In this document: positions 1-13,705 of the stretch, in pieces
Layout of the letters: each line of letters begins with the position of its first letter
Position numbering within the stretch: the first letter of the stretch is position 1
Origin: an uncultured Polyangiaceae bacterium
GTDB lineage: Bacteria > Myxococcota_A > Polyangia > Polyangiales > Polyangiaceae
DNA: 64,000 bases
NCBI GenBank assembly: GCA_964517335.1
Contig: CAZFES010000001.1
Span: forward strand, 7,127-71,126
Direction: 5' to 3'
The notes under the pieces: generated by a model
Told to the model about the DNA's origin: nothing
Databases searched by the model: none
What the model saw: only the letters and a program-made list of their open reading frames with translations
Made by a program: the position numbers and the translations under genes

Positions 1-421
1 TGCAGGGCGCATGGCGGATCACCTGCTCGGCGACGCTGCCCACCAGCGCGCGAGAGATCGCGCTGCGGCCGTGGGTGCCCACCACGACGAGGTCGCTGCC
101 GCGCGCGGCCGCTTCGCGCGCGATCGCCACCGAGGCGCTGGTGTGCTCGAGCAGCACACGATCGTGGTCGACCCCGGCGAGCTCCTCCCGCGCGATCGCG
201 TCGAGGCGCTCCCGCGCCTGGCGCATGCTGGCGCCGCGGCTCTCGGGGCTGACCCACATCACCGTGGGAAGCACTTCGGTGGTCATGGCGAGCGGTGGAT
301 GCACGTGGACCAGCGTGACGTGGCCCGACGACGCCCGCGCCCACGCCGCCGCGGTGCGGACCGCGACCAACGCCGAGGCGGAAAAGTCCGTCGCCACCAG
401 GATGCGCTGCAGCGACACCAT
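1..421 (-). CDS. Universal stress protein (UspA family); C-terminus runs off the left edge
   Basis: Not in the ORF track because there is no stop in the window. Manual translation from ATG 421..419 gives MVSLQRILVATDFSASALVAV...VVVGTHGRSAISRALVGSVAEQVIRHAPC. It has the Usp N-terminal ILVATDFS strand and the C-terminal G-x-HGRS...GSVAE-V-RHAPC motif. Third codon positions are strongly G/C. Confidence 0.8.
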   Translation of the reverse strand, partial: MVSLQRILVATDFSASALVAVRTAAAWARASSGHVTLVHVHPPLAMTTEVLPTVMWVSPESRGASMRQARERLDAIAREELAGVDHDRVLLEHTSASVAIAREAAARGSDLVVVGTHGRSAISRALVGSVAEQVIRHAPC

Positions 422-468
422 GCACCGGATCCGTGCAAACGGCAGGCCAGCACACGCTCCCGCACGCG

Positions 469-1763
469 TCAGAGCGCGCGCATGCGCGACCACAGCCGGG
501 CGGCGCCTTCGGCGGCCTCGGCCCTGAGCGCGGCGCCGTCGAGCCGCACCGGACGGCGGTCGCGCACCACGATCTCACCGCCCACGATGACGTCGCGCAC
601 GTGGCGCGCCGACAGGCCGAACGCCAGGTGCCAGGGCAGGTTGCCCGGGTGCACCGGAGCGGGGGCGTCGTAGTCGAGGACGATGGCGTCCCCCGGACAG
701 CCGGCGTCGAGCCAACCGAAGCCGCGGCGCGGCGCGAGACCGAAGCTGTGCGACATCAGCCGCCAGCTGCCTGCGAGCCAGCGCCACACCGTCTCGGCGG
801 CGCCCGCGGGATCGCTGTCGCGCAGCTTGAAGAACGCCGCGTGCGCTTCACCGAACAGATCGCCGTTGATGCCGTCGGTGCCGAGGGCGATGCGCTCGAG
901 GGCGTGGCCGCCGAAGTAGCCGACGTGGTTGTTCATGTTGGAGCGCGGCTGATGCGTCAGCCACACCCCGGGGCTCGCGCCGACCCGCGCCAGCTCCTCG
1001 GCGCCCAGGTGCACGCCGTGCGCGATCACCGCCTTGCCCGCGAGCACCCCGGCATCGGCGAGCCGCGCCGTGACGTCGCGCGCGCCGCGGCGGCGGGCGT
1101 CGGCCTGGTCGTGCGCATCCTCGGCAACATGGATGTGCAGCGCGGTGTCGTGCGCCTGAGCCAGCTCGGCCAGGCGTGCGAGCTGCGCGTCGCTGAGGGT
1201 GAAGGGCGCATGACCGCCCACCATGACGCCGATCCGCGCGTGGCGCGTTCCCGCGAGCGCGCGCCGGTTCTCCTCCAGGCCGGCGGCGAAGCCCTCCTCG
1301 CCGTGTCGGTTGGTGGCCTCGTAGCACACCACCGCCCGCCCGCCGGCGGCCACCACGCCGGCGGCGATGCGATCCAGACTGCCGGCGATGGCGCTCGGCG
1401 AGGCGTGGTGATCGATCATCCCGGTCACGCCCGAGCGCAGCGCGTCCATGGTGCCCACCCGCGCGCTCAGCTCGACGAGATCGCCGTCGAGCGCGCGATC
1501 GAGGCGCCACCAAATCCGCTCGAGCGTCTCGACGAAGCTCCGCGGCGGCGCGCTGGGCCCCGGCATCCCGCGGGCGAGCGCCGAGTACAGGTGGTGGTGC
1601 GCGATCACCAGCCCGGGCAACACCAGGCAGCCGCCGGCATCGAGGACCTCGGCGCCGTCGATGGCAGCCGGAGCGACGACACCGCCGTCGAACACCAGCG
1701 CGCCCTCGCGCCGTTCGACCGGGTCGCCGTGGAAGACCTCGCCGCCTCGAATCTCGAGCGCCA

Positions 1764-1764
<1 letters not shown>
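469..1764 (-). CDS. ssnA: SsnA-type amidohydrolase (putative aminohydrolase, chlorohydrolase/deaminase superfamily)
   Basis: Real start is MALEIRGGEVF (ATG 1764..1762) inside the 945-aa track ORF. Motifs as I remember them from E. coli SsnA: VIAHHHLYSALARGM, IWWRLDRALD, IDHHASP, HIHVAED, HQPRSNMNNHVGY, ALGTDGINGDLF..AFFKLRD. The start overlaps the upstream stop (ATGA). Confidence 0.85.
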
Positions 1765-4412
<2,648 letters not shown>

Positions 4413-4476
4413 GCGTCCTGACCATAACACGCACGTGATGAACGCAACCCGCCAGAGGCGGTGGTAAAAGAGGCCG

Positions 4477-6446
<1,970 letters not shown>

Positions 6447-6474
<28 letters not shown>

Positions 6475-6941
6475 ATCATGTTTACCAGCCCGCGCCCGGT
6501 CGCCGGAAAGCGCAGCCGGGTGAACACGCGCTCCACGCACGACACCACGGCCTCGTCGGTGATGCGGTCGTCATCCTTCCGCCCCGCCGGCGCGCGGCCC
6601 TTGGCGGCGTTGGCGCCGACCACCGTGCCGTCCTCGCCGATGGCCAGGTGCATCTCGATGGTGCCCCGGAGCCCGGGATCGCGCGCCAGCCCAGCGGCAT
6701 AGCACTCGCCGACCTCGGCGTAGTTGGCGCGCACGATCTCGCGGATCCGCTCGCGGCTGAACGGCCCTGCCGGCGCCTCGGCGGCCGGCGGATCGGCCGG
6801 CGCCTCGGCAGCCGGCGTCGCCGCGGTCGCCGGGACCGCTGCGGCCGGCGCTGGAGCGGGCGGCGTCGATGCCGGCGGCCGCTCGGTCGATGCCGTGGCA
6901 CAGGCGGAGAGCAGAAGCGCGAGCGAGGCGCGCGCGATCAC
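6447..6941 (-). CDS. Lipoprotein with Pro/Ala-rich linker and AgmX/PglI-type (TonB-C-like) C-terminal domain
   Basis: GTG 6941..6939 gives (M)IARASLALLLSAC, a lipobox. The C-terminus reads IREIVRANYAEVGECYAAGLARDPGLRGTIEMHLAIGEDGTVV...VVSCVERVFTRLRFPATGRGLVNMIYPV, which is the myxobacterial AgmX/PglI pattern. The start overlaps the upstream stop (GTGA). The 3' end overlaps the convergent 4477..6474 gene by 28 nt. Confidence 0.7.
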
Positions 6942-8137
6942 GAGCGCCGCCTCGTGCGGCGGCAGCACCAGGCGAGCCCCGCAAGGGCCCAGAGCCAGCC
7001 GGCGTCCGGCGCGCGACGCGCGGGCGGACGCACGGCGCAGCCCGAGTTGCGCTCCGGCGGCGTCGTGAACTGGTTCCCTTGCGGCTTGCTCGTGTCGACG
7101 GCGCACACCGCGCCGAAGGTCGGATCTTCGATGCAACGGTAGTCGACCGGACAGCTCGCCTCCTCGGTACACGCCCGCGTGCAGTAGCGGTTGCCGGCGT
7201 CGTCGAGGCACTTGCCCGAGGGACAGTCGTCGTCGTCGTCGCACGGATCGCCGATCGGCATCGAGTGCTCGGGGTCGACCGTCGAGCCGGCGGTCCATGC
7301 GGGCGCCTGGTACACGCCGATCCCCGAGGCGTAGACGACCGTATCTTTGAGCCACTGGCCGTGCGACACGGTGTACGCGTAAATCGACACGCCGCAGTCG
7401 GCCTGGCCGCGCGAGGTCACGCCGAACACGCGGTCTTGATCGTCGAGGGCGGGACCACCGGAGTCGCCCTGGCACACGCCGCCCTCGCCGATCCACTCGC
7501 TGCTCCTCACGTGGCCGCCGAAGATCTCGTGGTCTTCGCAGTCGCTGCTCACGCACTCCACGGCGATGCCGTCGCGCCGCCGCCGGGTGCCGGAGTCGTC
7601 GCCTTGGCCGTTGACGGCGCCGAAGCCCACCGCCGAGTAGATCTCGCCCGCCACCACCGGCGCATCGTCGAGCCGCGGGATGTACGGCGCCACGCCTTGC
7701 ACCGACTCCTTCAGGATCAAGATGGCGATGTCGTTGCCGCAGAAGTCGTCGACGTTGCTCTCTTGGTCAGGCAACGTCACGACCTCCTGCACCAGGTACT
7801 CGCCGGCGTCCTCGACGCTCACCATGTCGGCAGTGCTCACGAAGAAGCTCGACGCCGGGCGCGGCACCAAGAAGCCGGTCGTGCCGCACACCACCGACGA
7901 GCCGTCGCCGGTGGTCGGCGACACGCAGTGGCGCGCGGTCAACACCACGTTGGGCGCGATCAGCGAGCCCGTGCACAGCGAGCCCGACGCCTGCACGATC
8001 CCGACCACGGCCTTGGAGGTGGTGTCCTCCACGCCGCCGCTGATGGGCTGCGCGGTGCGCGCGAAGGACGCGACCTCATCCTGCTCGGCAGGCGCGCAGC
8101 CCAGCAGGCACAGCAGCGCGAGCGCGGCGCGCTTCAC
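6938..8137 (-). CDS. Secreted trypsin-like serine protease (S1 family) with Cys-rich module and MYXO-CTERM-like sorting tail
   Basis: GTG 8137..8135 gives (M)KRAALALLCLLGCAP. The catalytic triad contexts are LTARHC (His), NDIAIL (Asp) and CQGDSGGP (Ser). The C-terminus has a Cys-rich DPCDDDDDCPSGKC..C..C segment, then GCAV...WLWALAGLAWCCRRTRRRS (Gly-Cys, hydrophobic helix, Arg cluster). Confidence 0.8.
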   Translation of the reverse strand: MKRAALALLCLLGCAPAEQDEVASFARTAQPISGGVEDTTSKAVVGIVQASGSLCTGSLIAPNVVLTARHCVSPTTGDGSSVVCGTTGFLVPRPASSFFVSTADMVSVEDAGEYLVQEVVTLPDQESNVDDFCGNDIAILILKESVQGVAPYIPRLDDAPVVAGEIYSAVGFGAVNGQGDDSGTRRRRDGIAVECVSSDCEDHEIFGGHVRSSEWIGEGGVCQGDSGGPALDDQDRVFGVTSRGQADCGVSIYAYTVSHGQWLKDTVVYASGIGVYQAPAWTAGSTVDPEHSMPIGDPCDDDDDCPSGKCLDDAGNRYCTRACTEEASCPVDYRCIEDPTFGAVCAVDTSKPQGNQFTTPPERNSGCAVRPPARRAPDAGWLWALAGLAWCCRRTRRRS

Positions 8138-8541
8138 GCCTCGCCTCGCTCGCGGGTGATGTCGCCCGCGCGTCCGCGCGCCTCGGCCGCCTCGAAGTAG
8201 ATCTCGACGGCGTAGCCATCGGGATCGCGGCAGCTGAACGTGTAGTAGTCGCCGTAGTCCTCGGGACCATGGGTGATCGGCGCGTCGGCCTTGCGCACCG
8301 CCTCGAGCCAGGCGTCGACCTCGTCGCGCGACGCCACGCGGAAGCCGAAGTGAAAGCGCCGGTGGATCAACGGCTTGCCCTTCACCAGCGCGAGATCGGC
8401 GTCGCCGCAGGACAGGAACACGAAGTCGCCTTCCCGCCACGATCGCTCCATCCCGAACAGGCTCTCGTAGAACCCCGCCGAGCGCTCGACGTCGCTCACC
8501 ACCAGGCTGAGGTGATTCAGCGTCCGCATCTTCATGGTCAT
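8134..8541 (-). CDS. VOC / glyoxalase-bleomycin resistance-dioxygenase family protein
   Basis: Sequence MTMKMRTLNHLSLVVSDVERSAGFYESLFGM...HFGFRV...DPDGYAVEIY is a typical VOC beta-alpha-beta-beta-beta module. Start could be 8541, 8535 or 8529. The stop overlaps the protease start (GTGA). Confidence 0.75.
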   Translation of the reverse strand: MTMKMRTLNHLSLVVSDVERSAGFYESLFGMERSWREGDFVFLSCGDADLALVKGKPLIHRRFHFGFRVASRDEVDAWLEAVRKADAPITHGPEDYGDYYTFSCRDPDGYAVEIYFEAAEARGRAGDITRERGEA

Positions 8542-8697
8542 CTCCGAAGCGAGTGTCCCGTCTCCATCAATCGCGTAAGAAACCGCTCGCCCGTGATCGG
8601 GGCGAGGGCGAGCGATTTCTCGCCTTGGGATGGGACGGAGCCGGGACGGATGACATTGATTTTGTGTGGCGTCTCTTCGAGACACCACACTAGCAGA

Positions 8698-10020
8698 TCA
8701 GCCGGCTACGGTCGCCAGACCCGCGGCGCTCAGATCGCCGAGCAGCCCGTGCCACATGTGGCGGGGATTTCGCTCCACCTCGGCGATCTTCTCGCGCATG
8801 CGCGCCAGCACGGCCGGGCGCCCCTCGTCGTACACGTCTCCCTGCAGCAGCTTCAACAGATCGAGCCGGTACGCCGGGTCGTTGATGAACTGCGTGAACA
8901 GCACGCTCAAGCGATAGTACAGGCAGATGAAGTCGTACCAGTTGCGCACGCCGCGCTGCGTGGTGGCCTCGAAACGCGACAGCCGCGACCGCGTGAGCGG
9001 CCCTGCCGCGAGCGCCGCGACGACGTCCGCGCTGGCGAGCTTGGCGCTGTTGAGCGCAATGCTCACGCCCGAGGAGAAGATCGGATCGACGAACCGCGCC
9101 GCATCGCCGAGCAGCACCCAGCGGTCGCCGGCGAAGGCCGTCATGGCGTAGCTGTAGTCCGCCTCCTCGGTCAGCGGCCGGATCCGCTCGGCGCCGCGCA
9201 TGCCGGCGGCCACGCGCGGCACGGCGGCCAGGCACGCCCCGAAGAAGCGCTCTCGCGAGCGACCGGCGGCCTTGAACTGCGCGCGCTGGGTGACGACCCC
9301 GAAGCTGGTCACGTCGGCCGAGATGGGGATCTGCCAGATCCACGAGCCCTGCTGCGGCAGGAAGTGGATGTGGATGTGATCGGGATCCGGCATCGTGTTG
9401 CGATCGAAGCCGCGGTACCAGCTGTGGATGGCGTACTGGTCGAAGGCCGGATCGCGCCGTCGCATGCGCAGCTGGCGGCCGAGCAGCGTGCGGCGGCCGC
9501 TCGCGTCGGCCACCATGCGCACGCGAATGGCCTCGCCGCCCGTCACGATGCGCGGATCGCCGCCGGAGAAGTCGACGCGCCCGACGCGCACGCCTTGGCG
9601 CACCTCCGCCCCGAGCCGCGCCGCGTGCTCGAGCAGGGCGTGATCGAAGCGCGCCCGGTCGACGTGCCAGGTGTAGTTCTGCTCGACGCCGGGCTGCGCG
9701 CGCTCGTCGAACCGCACCGCCGCGTGGCAGTCGGGATCGAGCCCTTCCCAGCCGACGTGATGGTGGCGCGCCAGCGCTCCGGCGCGCGACCAGCTCGCGC
9801 CGTACTTTCGGACGAAGCCGAGCCCCTCCATCGTCTCGAGGAAGCCGAGATCGCGAAACACCCGCGTCGCCGCCGGCACCAGCGATTCGCCGACGTGGGG
9901 GCGCGGGAAGGTGGCCGCTTCGAGCACCACGCAGCGCACGCCCGCCTGCGCGAGGTAACCGGCCATTGCGCTGCCCGCGGGCCCGCCGCCGATGATGCCT
10001 ACCTCGTAGTCGCTGGCCAC
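8698..10020 (-). CDS. Flavin-dependent halogenase-family FAD monooxygenase (small, about 440 aa)
   Basis: GTG 10020..10018 gives (M)ASDYEVGIIGGGPAGS, a GxGxxG FAD motif. It also has FPRPHVGESLVP, a WxWxIP motif (GSWIWQIPIS) and FVDPIFSSGVSIAL. Only the C-terminal 440 aa of the 614-aa track ORF are used. Confidence 0.75.
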   Translation of the reverse strand: MASDYEVGIIGGGPAGSAMAGYLAQAGVRCVVLEAATFPRPHVGESLVPAATRVFRDLGFLETMEGLGFVRKYGASWSRAGALARHHHVGWEGLDPDCHAAVRFDERAQPGVEQNYTWHVDRARFDHALLEHAARLGAEVRQGVRVGRVDFSGGDPRIVTGGEAIRVRMVADASGRRTLLGRQLRMRRRDPAFDQYAIHSWYRGFDRNTMPDPDHIHIHFLPQQGSWIWQIPISADVTSFGVVTQRAQFKAAGRSRERFFGACLAAVPRVAAGMRGAERIRPLTEEADYSYAMTAFAGDRWVLLGDAARFVDPIFSSGVSIALNSAKLASADVVAALAAGPLTRSRLSRFEATTQRGVRNWYDFICLYYRLSVLFTQFINDPAYRLDLLKLLQGDVYDEGRPAVLARMREKIAEVERNPRHMWHGLLGDLSAAGLATVAG

Positions 10021-10092
10021 GCTGCACAGATACACCACAATCCGCCGACAACGCGATTCCCGAGCGCGGCGGAGCGTGCTGTGATCCGGCCG

Positions 10093-10518
10093 ATGGCGCT
10101 CGAAGAAGCGGAGCCGCAGTCGCAGGGATACGAGTTTTCCGCGCTGGAGAACCAGAAGTTCACGCGGCTGGCGGGGGCGATGCAGCTCGTGGCGTTGCTC
10201 GAGATGGCCGGCGCCCTGCTCGCGGTGTACCTGGCAGCGCCGGCGGCCTGGCATGCGCTGGCGGCGCGGCGTCCGCTGGCGACGCTGCTCCCGATCGCCA
10301 GCGTGCTGGTGCCGCTGTTGGTCGGCGGCTGGACGTTTCGGGCCGGAGCGCACCTGCGGTTGATCGTGCGCACCCAGGGGGACGACATCCGGCACCTCAT
10401 GGACGCCGTCGGGCAGCTCACCAAGCTGTATCTCCTGCAGCTGTGGCTGTTCGTGGTGGCGCTGGGGTTCATCGCCTTCTCGGTGATCGCCCACAACGCC
10501 TTCGTCCGCCTGTACTGA
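10093..10518 (+). CDS. Small integral membrane protein, unknown function
   Basis: ATG at 10093 gives MALEEAEPQSQGYEFSALENQKF... followed by three hydrophobic helices. Third codon positions are G/C-rich. It is the 3' tail of the spurious 749-aa track ORF. Confidence 0.55.
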   Translation: MALEEAEPQSQGYEFSALENQKFTRLAGAMQLVALLEMAGALLAVYLAAPAAWHALAARRPLATLLPIASVLVPLLVGGWTFRAGAHLRLIVRTQGDDIRHLMDAVGQLTKLYLLQLWLFVVALGFIAFSVIAHNAFVRLY

Positions 10519-10575
10519 GCCGGGCCATTTTCTCTGGGGCACGTCATTTGGGGGATTGACGCGCCGCCGGTCGAT

Positions 10576-10597
10576 AATCAGAATAGGGATTCTGATT
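10576..10597. promoter_or_regulatory. Candidate TetR operator: perfect inverted repeat AATCAGAAT-aggg-ATTCTGATT
   Basis: A 9-bp perfect inverted repeat with a 4-bp spacer sits in a locally AT-rich island. It lies 18 bp upstream of the TetR start at 10615, in the only sizeable non-coding gap of this cassette. Confidence 0.6.
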
Positions 10598-10614
10598 CTG
10601 GTCTTGACCTAGAC

Positions 10615-11307
10615 ATGGGCGCGAAAACACACCTGCAGCTCGAATGGGTGCGGCCGCCGCAACAGGCGCGCAGCCAGCAGACGCTCGAGCGCCTGCTCGA
10701 CGCCGCCGAGGCCATCATCGGCGCCGAGGGGATCGACAACGCCACCGTCGCGCAGATCGCCCAGCGCGCCGGCTCGTCGGTGGGTGCGTTCTACACGCGC
10801 TTCGCGGACAAGGAGGCGTTGCTCCGCTGCGTGCTCGAGCGCTTCCACGAGCAAGCGCTCGCCACCGCCGAGGCCGTGCTCGAGCCCACGCGCTGGCTGG
10901 GCATGCCGGCGCGCGACGCGCTCGAGCACATGATGCTGTTCATGCTGCGCATCCTGCAGGAGCGCCGCGGCATCATCCAGGCGCTCACCGTGCGCGCCGC
11001 CGCCGATCCGCAGATGTCGGCGCTCGCGCAACGCCTGTCCGATCACATCGTCCGGCACATGCGCGCGTTGATCGCGCACAACGCCTATGCGGTGTCACAT
11101 CCCGATCCGGACACCGCCGTGCAGGTGGCGGTGTGGCTCGTGCTCAGCGCCATGGAAGCGCGCGTGCTCTACGGAAGCGACCACCCCGCACGGCTGTCGG
11201 ACCAGACGGTCGCCGCGGAGATCGCCGACATGGTGGTCCGCTACGTCGGCATCGACGAAACCAACGCCGCGGCGACCAGCGCGCCGCGCGCCGTTGGCAC
11301 ACAGTGA
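10615..11307 (+). CDS. TetR/AcrR family transcriptional regulator
   Basis: The N-terminal HTH reads ARSQQTLERLLDAAEAIIGAEGIDNATVAQIAQRAGSSVGAFYTRFADKEALL. The C-terminal ligand domain is all-helical. Confidence 0.85.
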   Translation: MGAKTHLQLEWVRPPQQARSQQTLERLLDAAEAIIGAEGIDNATVAQIAQRAGSSVGAFYTRFADKEALLRCVLERFHEQALATAEAVLEPTRWLGMPARDALEHMMLFMLRILQERRGIIQALTVRAAADPQMSALAQRLSDHIVRHMRALIAHNAYAVSHPDPDTAVQVAVWLVLSAMEARVLYGSDHPARLSDQTVAAEIADMVVRYVGIDETNAAATSAPRAVGTQ

Positions 11308-11325
11308 GAACAGTGAGGAGGCAGC

Positions 11326-12369
11326 ATGGGGTTCGCAGGCTTCGGTAAGACCGAGATCCGCTACGACATGTTCGACATCGTCGCGAATGCCGCTGAGGCC
11401 AAACGCTTGGCGAAGTGCGAGCGCATCTATCACCGCGGACAGCAGATGGCCTGGGATGGCAAGGACGTCCTCGCGATGCTGCTCGCCGAGCACGGCGGGA
11501 TCCGCATCGCCGAGGAAAAGAAAGAAGCGCTGAAGCGCGTCTTCGCCATCATCATGTGGGGCGAGCTCGCCGCCTGGAAGATCTCGGCCCAGCTGGCCGA
11601 CGAGCTGGTGCCACTCGAAGCGAAGATGGCCGCCACCAGCCAGGCGTTCGACGAGGCGCGGCACTTCTACGTGATGCACGACTACCTGACCGAGCTCGGC
11701 TACCACCCCGAGCGAATGGATCGCGCACCGCAGGCGCTGCTCGACCTGGTGCTCGACACCGACAACATGGCCTACAAGATCCTCGGCATGCAGCTCATGA
11801 TCGAGACCATCGCGCTCACGTTGTTCCAGACGGTGCGCGAGCTCGAGATCGAGCCTGTGCTGACCGAGTTGATGAAGTACTACGAGCGCGACGAGGCGCG
11901 TCATGTCGGCCTCGGCATGCAGTACCTCCCGAGCCTGATGATGCGCATGAACAAGCGCGAGGTCAGCGCGCTCATCACCTATCAGGTCCGATTGTTGGTG
12001 TGGGCGCTGTGGGAGATGAAGGTGCTCGAGAAGGACTTCGCCATCCTGGGGATCGACCAGCGCGAGATCCTCGAACGCGGCCGCAAGAAGCAGCTGGCCG
12101 CGCTGCACGAGGCGTTCGGCGCGCTCGGCGTGGAGTGGCAAGAGGACCGCAACTACGCCGCCTCGACCCTCAAAGCCATCACCGAGTTCATGTTCCCCAC
12201 CGACGACACCAGGGGCAGCCGCTTCAAGCAGTTCAACGCCGCCTGGGACGCCTTCTGGAACAAAGAAGAGATCCACACCGACGCCGAGTTCGACGTCCAC
12301 CGCGGCCACCAGATCAAGACCGCCATGTTCGGCTGGATCGGCGGCGAGCAGCGCGACGCCGCCGAGTGA
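11326..12369 (+). CDS. Ferritin-like di-iron carboxylate protein (putative oxygenase/desaturase-like)
   Basis: GAGGAGG lies 5 nt upstream of the ATG. Two E...ExxH pairs are present: WGELAAW...FDEARHF and MIETIAL...ERDEARHVG. The gene starts 19 nt after the TetR stop. Confidence 0.7.
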   Translation: MGFAGFGKTEIRYDMFDIVANAAEAKRLAKCERIYHRGQQMAWDGKDVLAMLLAEHGGIRIAEEKKEALKRVFAIIMWGELAAWKISAQLADELVPLEAKMAATSQAFDEARHFYVMHDYLTELGYHPERMDRAPQALLDLVLDTDNMAYKILGMQLMIETIALTLFQTVRELEIEPVLTELMKYYERDEARHVGLGMQYLPSLMMRMNKREVSALITYQVRLLVWALWEMKVLEKDFAILGIDQREILERGRKKQLAALHEAFGALGVEWQEDRNYAASTLKAITEFMFPTDDTRGSRFKQFNAAWDAFWNKEEIHTDAEFDVHRGHQIKTAMFGWIGGEQRDAAE

Positions 12370-12373
12370 ACGG

Positions 12374-12838
12374 TCACTGCGAGGTGTCGAACGTACGCAC
12401 CGCCGCGTCCACGTCGGCGGCGTGTGCCGTCATCAGCTCCTTGGTGCCGCCCGCTTCGAGCAAGAAGATGCGCGCATCGGTCACGAACAGCGTGACATAG
12501 TACAGGTGCGGCTTGCCCGACTCCTCGTCGTGGCCGAAGCGCAGCTGCGTGCCGGCGACGCCGTCGGCGCTCTTCACCTTGACCGTCTCGAGCAGCGCGT
12601 AGCCCCCGCGATCGCGCATGCGGTTCTGGATCGCCTTGAGCCAGAAGCTCTCTTCGCCCTTGGGATCGTGGTCGATGGCCCGCAGCCCGATGACGAGCCC
12701 GTCGGCGGTCGTGGCCCGGTAGTCGTAGTCGTCCCAGTCGTTCTCGATCTCGACGAAGCCCGACGGCGTGTCGATCTGGTATCGCCCGCAGCCGGAGGCC
12801 GCGCACAGCACCGCGCAAAACAACAGTACTCGCTTCAT
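12374..12838 (-). CDS. Lipoprotein, unknown function (last gene of the vWA operon)
   Basis: MKRVLLFCAVLCAASGCG carries a lipobox. The start is 7 nt downstream of the DUF4349 stop, with GAGG overlapping that stop. Confidence 0.7.
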   Translation of the reverse strand: MKRVLLFCAVLCAASGCGRYQIDTPSGFVEIENDWDDYDYRATTADGLVIGLRAIDHDPKGEESFWLKAIQNRMRDRGGYALLETVKVKSADGVAGTQLRFGHDEESGKPHLYYVTLFVTDARIFLLEAGGTKELMTAHAADVDAAVRTFDTSQ

Positions 12839-12845
12839 CGTCGCC

Positions 12846-13676
12846 TCACAGGTTCATCAGGTTGGTCAGACCGAGGTTCTCCAGCCAGGAGAACGGCAGG
12901 CGCACGTTCGAGTCGACCTTGTCAGTCGCCTTGGGCTCGAGCGTCACCGTGATGGTGGAATACGCGATCAGCTCTCGCATCAGCTTCAACTTGCCTTCGA
13001 GGCTCTCGATCTCCTGGGTCACGCGCGCCATCTCTTGCTCGACGGCCAGCGCCTCTTTCACGTCCTTCGCCTCGACGAGCAGCGCCTCGAGCCGGTCGCG
13101 CAGCGCGCGGGCGTTCTTGAGCCGAACCTGCAGGTCGTAGAAGCGTTCGGTGACGTCCTCCACCGTCTCTTCGCGATGCAGCACGTCGCCGAGCTTGGTG
13201 ATGGCGCCGAGGGCGTCGCGGAAGCTGCCCGAGGGCACGCGCACCGTGATGTCGCGATCGCCGCGTCGCACCAGGTAGCCGTTGCGCTCCTCGGCGAGCT
13301 TCTGGACCGCGTCGATCACCTGCGTCGCTTCGAACACCGCCAGGTTGTAGTGCGCGGTGTAGATGAGCAGCGGATGGGCCCGCGCCTGCGCGCCCTCACC
13401 GCTCGTGCCGGTCACGTCGGGCCGCGCCGGGGGCGCCGGAGGCGGCGCGGGTGGCTCGGCGACCTCGGCGGCCGCGACATCGCCCGCCTGGGCATAGCGC
13501 GCCGGGGGCGCCCCGGGCGCCATCTCGGACTGCATGTCGTAGTCGCTCGGATCTTCGGTGGGTGTCGCCCCCGCGTCCATGGCGGCTTGCGGCGCAAAGC
13601 CACCACATCCGAACAGCGCCAGCACACCCAAGAGCTGCAGGCAGAGCCACCAGCGCGTCACCCCTGATGTCTTCAT
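12846..13676 (-). CDS. DUF4349-like lipoprotein (Pro-rich linker plus coiled-coil C-terminal domain)
   Basis: MKTSGVTRWWLCLQLLGVLALFGCGG carries a lipobox. The C-terminal region (LIYTAHYNLAVFEATQVIDAVQKLAEERNGYL...RLKNARALRDRLEALL...ITVTLEP) matches the DUF4349 pattern as I remember it. Confidence 0.65.
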   Translation of the reverse strand: MKTSGVTRWWLCLQLLGVLALFGCGGFAPQAAMDAGATPTEDPSDYDMQSEMAPGAPPARYAQAGDVAAAEVAEPPAPPPAPPARPDVTGTSGEGAQARAHPLLIYTAHYNLAVFEATQVIDAVQKLAEERNGYLVRRGDRDITVRVPSGSFRDALGAITKLGDVLHREETVEDVTERFYDLQVRLKNARALRDRLEALLVEAKDVKEALAVEQEMARVTQEIESLEGKLKLMRELIAYSTITVTLEPKATDKVDSNVRLPFSWLENLGLTNLMNL

Positions 13677-13705
13677 GTCGTGGCAACGCCTACCACGCGC
13701 CGAGC

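Noticed and set aside
8269-10092. First about 600 aa of the 749-aa + ORF, and the N-terminal 174 aa of the 614-aa - ORF (10021..10542)
   Set aside because: Only the last 141 aa (+ strand) and the last 440 aa (- strand) have protein-like sequence. The remainder is antisense or upstream read-through.
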